Assembly (NCBI RefSeq): GCF_000981445.1
Contig: NC_027219.1
Location: 682,001-746,000 of the forward strand
From: Babesia bigemina
Lineage: Eukaryota
Direction: 5' to 3'
DNA: 64,000 bases
The notes beneath the pieces were generated by a model. It searched no databases. It worked only from the letters and a program-made list of their open reading frames with translations, and was not told where the DNA came from. Below are positions 56,383 through 64,000 of the stretch, in pieces; the stretch's first letter is position 1; every line of letters starts with the position of its first letter. Both the position numbers and the translations under genes were made by a program.

Positions 56383-57401
56383 AATCCAGTATGTGTAAGC
56401 AACAGTATTGTTTGAGGTCGCTCGCTGACGCCCGTGTCGGCGATGCCGCACCTCATGTCCCGACAAGTTAGCCGACATGATTCCTGTGAAACACTGTTTA
56501 ACATACGTCCACGCTAAATCTGTATTGTGTGATGTGCCGGCTGCGCTCCGACACGTGCGTATCTACGGTGTCTTACTCCAACACCGGCAGGACGAAACTG
56601 TCGAGCGACATGTGCAAAGATCGAAACGGCAAGTCATGATACGTCGCCGTGCAACAAGCAAACAACAGCGTGGCCGCGCAATGTGTGATTTGCGTGTTCC
56701 TGTGAGCCTCTGCGCAGAGGGCAGTGAAAAGTTGCAGCAGGAAGCGAATTTCCTGACACATGTCTGTTTCCACACACGTACTAGTTGCAGCAATGGCATA
56801 GTATGTTTATTGTGCAGTATTAGCGGTGAGACTCCGGTCACAATGTGTAGACGGTACTCAGACGCCATCACTACCAGGGTGAGAAGGCAGTTTCTGTCTC
56901 GTGCCCGCTTCGGGCACAACACCAGCTACGATTCAATGCTAGCGCAACAGATAACTGAAATGCCGTCGTAGCGTCACAGCCGAGGGAAGGCTGCGGTCGT
57001 AGCCCTCCATGAGGCAACTGGACGCCGAATAGCTCAAAGAGTGCTACACATTTACTACACTTTTGAATGTTAGGCGTCACATTCAACGTCCGTGCGATAC
57101 GTTAGGTGAGTCCCGCTTGCATTTTCGGAGTGTTGTCTTTTGTGCTCTTGCATCACTGGCCGCCGAGACTGAGCGTCGCCTGGCGCTCCAGCCGCCTAAG
57201 CCGCGTATATGCAGTGTACTTTGGCGGTACAACGGGTGTTTTGAGTATTGTTTGAGGTGTGTGTGGATTCGCGCGTTCTTCGCGAAATGTGTACACATCT
57301 GCGCTGTGACATGGCCTCCGCCCGTTTACAGTCGAATCTATTCCGCCTGCTGCGACGCAGGCGTGTGTGCTTTGAGTCAGTGCTCATTTGTGGATGTCAA
57401 A

Positions 57402-59153
57402 ATGGCTGCGCGGAGTCGTAGTTCGCTGATGTGTATGCAGAGCGACTTTGAGAAATCGCCTTCAGCCGCTTGCCCCGAGCAGGACGAGTGGTACCGCGAG
57501 CTCGAGCGGCACCGGACGTGTCTTAAACGGCGTTGCAAGGAGCTAAAGACCGCCTTCCGCTCCCGGGAGCACCCGCAGCATACGAACGGTAATTGCGCCG
57601 AGCACTCTCCGGTCCACAGGAAGGCCCGAAGTCCTGTGTCTACACCAGTTTCGGCAGTGCACGGCGACAAGGCGCTGCACGGCACCCTGAGCGACGTCGG
57701 ATCTGGCATTTGTGAGCATCTACCTTCGCCGAGGGCACTGCTGGTGACCCCCAGTCGTAATCGAGGCGACCCGTCGAACGCCACCCCCGCGCCAAAGCAT
57801 TCCGGAAGGCGCTTCGACCCTCGCAAGGACCGAGGCGCAGTTCTCAATTCGTCGTGTAACGGCACTGCGCATCGGCATCTTCGTTTGCAGCGATCGTCCA
57901 GCGTGGGCAGTGCTCGCAGCTTCGAAGGAGGCCTCACGTCGTGTCCATCATACGCCGACAGCCTCAGCGAGCGCATCCCCATCAACTTCCTTTTGGCCTG
58001 CAAGAAGGGCATCGGAGCTGTTACCCCCAGTCGCAACCGGTCCTTCACGCTGGTTGACTGCCTGGATCGCGCACCTCGCCTGGGCACCGATTCACGTCAT
58101 GCTCACTGTCTTCACCGGCGCGGCGGTATATCAAAGCCCTACGAGCGCAGCTGCGTGGGTGATAGATACTGCGTGACCAATTTCGACCGACAGCCCGAGA
58201 GTCGGCGTCAAAAGGCGCAGCAGTTTTGTGGCGGCATCAAGGGCACCGACAAGGGCCACGAGCAACGGCCTCACCCATTTGCCCACCCCGATCAACCCAG
58301 GAAATCCGGTGTCGCATCAACGCGTCCAACCTGCTGTGCTGATCGTAAAGCGCACGGGGGCCACACGAACTATCCGTACAGAGCCGACCGTTGCAATCAT
58401 CAAGGGAAGGACTGCAGGCATTGCCACAGGTGCCACCATTGCTACGGGGATAATTTCAGGATGAGTCGTGTGTCGTGCACGTCGCCTGCCAACAACGAGG
58501 TGGGTGCTTCGTTGGAGGCAACTGAGGGATTTTCGTCATCCGCTCGCGAGGCCTCCCCGGCGCGTCGATCGGAGCCCGGGTCCCCCTCGAGAGCTCCGCG
58601 GCAGGTTGACTTGCAGTTCATCGGCAACCTGCTGACCGGGTACCATGTGAACGTGGATCTGCTGAAGGCTCCGGAGCTGGGTTCCGCCGAGAGCACGCGC
58701 TACGTGCTCTCCATCTGCCGCGAGGTGTTCATGGGCGCCATCGGCGCCCAGGTGGTCTACGTCGTGACGAGCATGCTGTTCGGCAACATAGCGGCGGCGA
58801 TCATAGTGTCGCTGCTGTGCGTCCAGAGCGCCTTCTGCCACTGCGACGGCCGCCCGGCGGCGTACGTGATCAACGGCGTGCTGTCGCTCGTGGTCGCGTC
58901 GACGGTGACGGTGGCGTTGTGCACCGAGGTCTCCGGGCTCGAGCCGTACCGCGTCGACCCCGTGCTGAACACAATATCGTACGTCTATGTGCCGCTGTGT
59001 TTCGCGTTCGGGGTATTTTCCTTCTACCTGGCGCACAGCAACTACGACCTCCACAAGCGCGAGAGGCAGGCCATCGTCTACGCCGTGAACCGGCTGCTGG
59101 GCGACCGCTTCCGGGTGAACCAGCGCGACCTCACCATCGAGCGGTGCCTGTGA
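57402..59153 (+). CDS. Hypothetical protein with a disordered Ser/Arg/His/Cys-rich N-terminus and ~4 C-terminal TM helices
   Basis: Long ORF from AAAATG at 57402. Hydrophobic segments at ~58730-59030. Confidence 0.78.
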   Translation: MAARSRSSLMCMQSDFEKSPSAACPEQDEWYRELERHRTCLKRRCKELKTAFRSREHPQHTNGNCAEHSPVHRKARSPVSTPVSAVHGDKALHGTLSDVGSGICEHLPSPRALLVTPSRNRGDPSNATPAPKHSGRRFDPRKDRGAVLNSSCNGTAHRHLRLQRSSSVGSARSFEGGLTSCPSYADSLSERIPINFLLACKKGIGAVTPSRNRSFTLVDCLDRAPRLGTDSRHAHCLHRRGGISKPYERSCVGDRYCVTNFDRQPESRRQKAQQFCGGIKGTDKGHEQRPHPFAHPDQPRKSGVASTRPTCCADRKAHGGHTNYPYRADRCNHQGKDCRHCHRCHHCYGDNFRMSRVSCTSPANNEVGASLEATEGFSSSAREASPARRSEPGSPSRAPRQVDLQFIGNLLTGYHVNVDLLKAPELGSAESTRYVLSICREVFMGAIGAQVVYVVTSMLFGNIAAAIIVSLLCVQSAFCHCDGRPAAYVINGVLSLVVASTVTVALCTEVSGLEPYRVDPVLNTISYVYVPLCFAFGVFSFYLAHSNYDLHKRERQAIVYAVNRLLGDRFRVNQRDLTIERCL

Positions 59154-59333
59154 GCTGCGCCGCACGCGCGTTTCAGCGGACCCGCCCCGCAAGCGGCTCG
59201 GAACACAGGGCCACGTGTAGTTCAGTGAACGTACGAAAGACCATACGCACTGCACGATTAATCTGATGCACATTATTGCTTTGTTTCTGGCGATGCGCCC
59301 GAGGAACCGCCGCTAGCTACGTGTCACGGACAT

Positions 59334-60059
59334 TCAATTCGCGGATTTGCGGCCGGCTTCCGCATTAGCGGAGGCCGTGTATGCGGCTTTCCCTTGGTTG
59401 CCTTGGCCCTGGGAGTTGTTGTTCGCGTTCCCACCCTGGGACGAATTCTGCCCAGATGAGCGCGAGTGCCACTTTTTGTTGTAGTTGCCCTTGGAATGTC
59501 CCTCGTTGTGCCCCTTTTTGGGGTTGACCTCCTCGTCGAACCGCGCTAACGTAGCTCTGGCTTCGGCCAGCTGCTCCGGGGTTATGCGCGGAATGTCGTC
59601 GATGCTTGAGTTGAGGGGCCCCAGCGCCTCTAACCGTGCGATGGACTGCGCGTGCACGATGTACAAGTGGTGGCCGTTCCGCTCCTGGTTCCCCTCTGCA
59701 ACAGTGTCACAACCGTGCCGACGAAACTCACTGATGATGATCGTCGGGGTGCGCTGGACGTCCGCGTAGAAAAGCTCGCCCTTGATGCGCTCGCCGGTGG
59801 TGAGATCAATTTGCACCTGGACTGCGTGTACGTGAGGTCGCGTATACAGCGTGCAAGCCGTACCTCCGATATATTTGAAGGCGTCCGGCCCTCTGAGCGG
59901 CTCGACGGCCTCGTTCTTCTGGTTATGCGAACCCGAGCCCGACCGCTTGGAACCAGAATTGCTCGTGGATGTGCTCGGAGCCGCAGGTGAGGCTTCGTTC
60001 TTTTGCCCCGCGTCACGCGAGCCCTGTGCTTGTGAGTGGTTTTTTTTGCTTGTCTCCAT
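59334..60059 (-). CDS. LSm-domain protein (LSM12-like N-terminal domain), 3 exons
   Basis: Spliced FKYIGVQVQIDLTTGERIKGELFYADV...IIIKG...HHLYIVHAQSIARLE fits Sm1/Sm2. Introns 59822-59863 and 59696-59731. Confidence 0.7.
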   Translation of the reverse strand: METSKKNHSQAQGSRDAGQKNEASPAAPSTSTSNSGSKRSGSGSHNQKNEAVEPLRGPDAFKYIGGTACTLYTRPHVHAVQVQIDLTTGERIKGELFYADVQRTPTIIISEFRRHGCDTVAEGNQERNGHHLYIVHAQSIARLEALGPLNSSIDDIPRITPEQLAEARATLARFDEEVNPKKGHNEGHSKGNYNKKWHSRSSGQNSSQGGNANNNSQGQGNQGKAAYTASANAEAGRKSAN

Positions 60060-61365
60060 CTCGAGCCGATGGGGATACGATTTACATTATGGCAAGCTCG
60101 GCACTCGCGCTCTAGCGTGGGCCGCCGGCGGTAAACGGGGCTACACTCCACAGCATGAGTTCGGCAAAATGCGGCATTCTCAACACAAATATACAAAGCA
60201 TTCGTTCCATTATATACACCGCGAAATCGCAGCCGCGGTTCTGAAGCCCCCTCCGCGAAATCGCTTCGTGTGTTAGCGGAGCCGGCATCAAAAGGCGCGC
60301 GTCAGCTGTGTACCAGTTTGGGGCGCGCGCAAAATGCCGACCTGCGGTTATGCTTATTAATCGCCGGGGCGCTCTCTACGAGACTGCAGCGGCTGCCGTG
60401 ATTCGCCGCGTGACACCGTGACGTCGGCGCCCTTTACGAAAAGGCGTTAAAACGTGTGCCTAGGGCTCTTCACACGTGCTGCGAGTAAGAACACGAGCGC
60501 GAACGGCAGCAGGGTGAACAACACCTGAATGTCATTGTCACTGCTGACCAGGGCCGGCACTCTGCCGGTCAGCTTTGCGCGAAGCATTCGGTGAACACGC
60601 ATAGACAGAGTTACGAACGATTGTTATAACGGATTTACACTAGGCACACACTTCAGATCGGTCTTCCGCCACCTACCTGGAACCACGTCTGTCGCACGTA
60701 GCTGGCGAGTATGATCCAGGCGTCCTGTGCTGGCGGCGGCCGAGCGTCGTTGGCGTAGTCCGTATCCATTAAAAGTATCTTTTGGTCATATTAATGTGGA
60801 AGGACAGTGCTGTGCCTTTAGAAATCGTCACTTTCTCCACTACACATTGCCGCGTCCGTACCACACCATTGGTGGAATTCTTTTGTCCGCGAGCCTCCAA
60901 CCCGTGGAAGACTTGTCTATGGGCTTTAACGCCTTATTAGTGACACGTTCAGTCGGTTGTGTTGCATTAGATAAGGTTTGGGTGAGCAGATGTCGCCGTA
61001 CACACTCGGGTGGGTATACCGAAAAATTAGCGCCCGGCCGCCGGATCTATAAATTACTGCCCAGAATACGGGGTTACTCGCCGATATGAAGCCGCGCCTG
61101 GGTCAGGCAGCAGCCGAAAACGGGTATCCTACGCAAAAAAATCAGCCCCCCCAAACGTACGACGGGGTCGGGGGTGTATGCAGCACATTCACTTTTCACT
61201 TGATGTGATCGTTGCGTCAGTTAGAAGCCTAGCAGTATAATAACACCAAAACCCCCCTCGTTGGTGTCGTGGGTACCACGAGGACAGTACACACCGTTGC
61301 CTGTGGCCGTCGGTGGCTTACCTATCCACGCATTGGATTCCTGTGAATTCGGACACCAGGGACTC

Positions 61366-64000
61366 ATGGCAGACTATATCTCGCCCCCCGTGGGTATGGC
61401 CCCGTTCCATGACGGGACGGAGCTCGGCCGTGTCCTTAGTAAAGCAAAATGGATCACCATGCTGAACACACTGGAGGCCGGTGGCCACGCGGAACAGCTG
61501 TTGATTCTGAGCGAGCTCTCGACTTACCTGAGCTACGCCACTGAGGATACGTTGCTTGGGTTTCCTGCGTGGAGCTACCTGAAGGTGCTGATGCACATGA
61601 TTCAGCACCCTCGGGTGAAGTACGCTTCGATGAAGAAACGGAAGAATGCGAATAGGGCCGAGGATCTAACCTGCCTTGATCCCGATTTGCCCTTCTGCAA
61701 GATGATCGAGTCGCAGAGGAATCGTGCTCAGCGGCAGGAGGCGGAGCAGGCCGCGATGTTGGAGTCCTCAGATGACGAAGAAGAGTCTGATACGGGCGCC
61801 TTCACCCACCCCGACCTACCTCCGCACATCAACCTCCTCCCGCACGAGCTGAAGAATAGACCAACGATTCGCGATCGGGATGTGGATCTGATCTCTGAGG
61901 ACATGGCCGTCAACAAATCCATCACTGCCGCCTCGTGTGTGAACATCATTCTGGACATCCTGCCTCACGCTGCGAGCTTCTTCATGTCGAACAGCGCCCA
62001 GCTGGATGCCCTGCAACGCCAGCTGGAGGACATAGAGTACATCGACTTGGCTGAGCGCATCCTGCTGATTTACGAGAAGCTGGTGAAGGAGATTCCTGTG
62101 ACCGTGGTGAAAAGCGGAGCCCTCATCACGATGATGCGGTTCATCGACTTCTTCCCGCTGGACGTGCAAGTCGGCACGCTCACGGCGATCGTGCTGGCGG
62201 TGAAGCGCATCGAGCGAGGCGACAGCGTGCGCAACTTCTTGATCCCCCTCGTGCCCTACGCGACGCAGGCCCTACGGAACGGCAACAAGAAGATCGTGCA
62301 ACTGGCGTGCTGCATGTGGAAGAGCATCATCAACACGATGCTTCGGGCTTCGTACAAGAACACGTCGCACTTGTCGGAGGTGATGGGCAGCATGGTGCGT
62401 TCAGTGGTTTCGTGTGACGCCGTGCGGGACATGTGTACTGTAGTGTTCAAGAGCTCCGGTAAGTTGAACCGCGAGAACGTGGAAGAGTGCATCTACTGTC
62501 TCGCGGTCGTGACCAACGAGTCCAACGAGTTGATGTCCCAGATAGCCACGATAGACGTGCTGCCGATTATGAGCCGCTGGCTCGGCAACAGCTGCGATAG
62601 CGTGGTGCTGCGCTTGGTGGATCTCGGCCTGGCGATGCTGGGCAGCTACCACAGCATAGACCCGCTCGTCATTGACTGCAACCAGCTCTACCACCGCGCG
62701 GACTACTACAGCGACTTTACGACGCACCTGCAGGCGGTTGCCGAGACTTACTCGATCCGAACCCTGGTCGACATCTTCGACAATACGGCGTCGCAGCAGC
62801 TGCGCAACCGGCTGCTGCTGATGATCCTGCGTCTGTTGGAGATGGCGTGCGAGGTGCCCATTTGCGTCGGCCACGTCATCGACGACCTGCCGCTGTTTAA
62901 GGTGCTCGACGCGGTGTGCTACACGCTGAGGTTCCAGAGCCAGGAGGAGCACAGCGAGGTGGCTGTGCACATCATTACGTGCCTGATGCGCCTTATGGAG
63001 CCCAGAAACATAGCCGACACCCTCGGACGATACGGCCTGTCGGCGTTGCTGAGGGTGCTTAAAAGGCCAGCGGTGCAGCACGAGGTGAGGTATATTATGG
63101 ACTCGTTACCGCCTCCCCCGACGCACATAGTGACCAAGTCAGAGTTCGAAATGATAGCAGCGATCAAGGACAACAGCGTTGCGCTGACGCACCACGAGCT
63201 CTTGCAGTACGGTTTGATGGAAATGAATTACGCAAAGTTGGTGTCGCCCAAAGCGCTGCCCGAGCTGCTGGGCTCAGTCATCAAGGATGCAGGCCAATAC
63301 TTCGCCCCGTCGGTAAATGAGGCTGGCATTAAGGCACTTTGGAGAGCCTTTGGCAGCGTTTTGGAAGCGCAGCCAGAGTTCAAGCCGCGTATCGTCAAAG
63401 ACTTTGACAGTGACGATGAGACCACGGATGGCTCTCCTATGCAGATTGGTTGGTATGAGGAGGCCATGCAACCCGAGTCGAGTGAAACCTCCAGTTTAAC
63501 CGCCTCCAGCGAGGCTTTGGCGATGCTCGATACCTGCAGTTTGACTGGCGGCTCCGTGAGCTTAAACCGCCATCCAGCGGGCGAAGGGGCTAACACTGGC
63601 GGCTCCACTTCAAGTGGAAGAGCCAATAACAGCGGTGTGGGCGCCTCAAGTTCTTCGAGTTCCAGGTCAAGGTCTTCAGGTAGACAGCTGTTGATCTCAA
63701 CCACTCCGGGTTCGGAGATGGCCTTGGTGAGCGACCTCCCCGAATGCCGGGTAAGGCCTGAGGATATACGGACCTCTCCCTCACCAATCGAGATACGTAG
63801 GACTATGCTTGGTACGCCTGGGACGTATGATTCCATAGAAGTTGTGGAACATGTCCAAGTCACACCGTTGTACGATGATGATCAGCCGCAGCAGCAGCAT
63901 CCGGCCGCGCCATCGCAACCCGTGGCCAACGAACCGACGCTTGGCGTTGCAGAAGACGGACACATGGTGCCTGTGCAAGATGCTCCCTCGGTCGTGGAAA
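61366..64000 (+). CDS. TRIP12/UPL3/Ufd4-like E3 ubiquitin ligase, N-terminal ARM region (continues beyond window)
   Basis: QLLILSELSTYLSYATEDTLLGF, IEYIDLAERIL, FIDFFPLDVQ. The frame from ATG 61366 appears open to the edge; the HECT domain itself is not in the window. Confidence 0.85.
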   Translation, partial: MADYISPPVGMAPFHDGTELGRVLSKAKWITMLNTLEAGGHAEQLLILSELSTYLSYATEDTLLGFPAWSYLKVLMHMIQHPRVKYASMKKRKNANRAEDLTCLDPDLPFCKMIESQRNRAQRQEAEQAAMLESSDDEEESDTGAFTHPDLPPHINLLPHELKNRPTIRDRDVDLISEDMAVNKSITAASCVNIILDILPHAASFFMSNSAQLDALQRQLEDIEYIDLAERILLIYEKLVKEIPVTVVKSGALITMMRFIDFFPLDVQVGTLTAIVLAVKRIERGDSVRNFLIPLVPYATQALRNGNKKIVQLACCMWKSIINTMLRASYKNTSHLSEVMGSMVRSVVSCDAVRDMCTVVFKSSGKLNRENVEECIYCLAVVTNESNELMSQIATIDVLPIMSRWLGNSCDSVVLRLVDLGLAMLGSYHSIDPLVIDCNQLYHRADYYSDFTTHLQAVAETYSIRTLVDIFDNTASQQLRNRLLLMILRLLEMACEVPICVGHVIDDLPLFKVLDAVCYTLRFQSQEEHSEVAVHIITCLMRLMEPRNIADTLGRYGLSALLRVLKRPAVQHEVRYIMDSLPPPPTHIVTKSEFEMIAAIKDNSVALTHHELLQYGLMEMNYAKLVSPKALPELLGSVIKDAGQYFAPSVNEAGIKALWRAFGSVLEAQPEFKPRIVKDFDSDDETTDGSPMQIGWYEEAMQPESSETSSLTASSEALAMLDTCSLTGGSVSLNRHPAGEGANTGGSTSSGRANNSGVGASSSSSSRSRSSGRQLLISTTPGSEMALVSDLPECRVRPEDIRTSPSPIEIRRTMLGTPGTYDSIEVVEHVQVTPLYDDDQPQQQHPAAPSQPVANEPTLGVAEDGHMVPVQDAPSVVE

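Noticed and set aside
56477..57400. ORFs of 66-164 aa and the non-ATG 5' extension of the 57063 ORF
   Set aside because: No motifs or coherent splice model; the first good ATG of the downstream gene is at 57402.
60300..61300. 120-aa ORF and a GC-rich hairpin near 60543-60573
   Set aside because: They lie in a divergent promoter/UTR interval with no family resemblance; short hairpins are expected in GC-rich DNA.

Overview
This is eukaryotic, gene-dense DNA from a piroplasm apicomplexan, most likely Babesia of the B. bigemina/B. ovata type. Evidence: a ves-like gene, a single-exon GAC, nuclear COX2a and many 35-42 nt GT-AG introns. GC-rich blocks hold housekeeping genes: PSMG4/PAC4, RsmH/MraW, a Pin1-type parvulin, TAP42, PRMT5, SEC24, USE1, COX2a, GAC, PNKP, COG5, SYF1, an RRM-WW-RRM protein, VTI1, tRNA-His, tRNA-Phe, PP2A-B56, IMP2-like, LSM12-like and a TRIP12/UPL3-like ligase. 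Two AT-richer islands (~10.9-17.5 kb and ~43.2-46.3 kb) interrupt these blocks. Island 1 carries an MFS transporter and a short ves-like gene. Both islands carry members of a small Cys-rich single-TM family, including a 29-Cys metallothionein-like protein and a 94%-identical truncated copy 30 kb away; a 41-aa micro-ORF of similar layout follows the full-length gene. Other leads: a candidate divergent TAF4, a candidate KNL1/AKiT1-like kinetochore protein, an 8-exon 4-TM gene missed by the ORF track, possible upstream exons for Pin1, and a tRNA-Phe with no oligo(T) terminator before tRNA-His. All family calls come from motifs recognised by eye; no searches were run.
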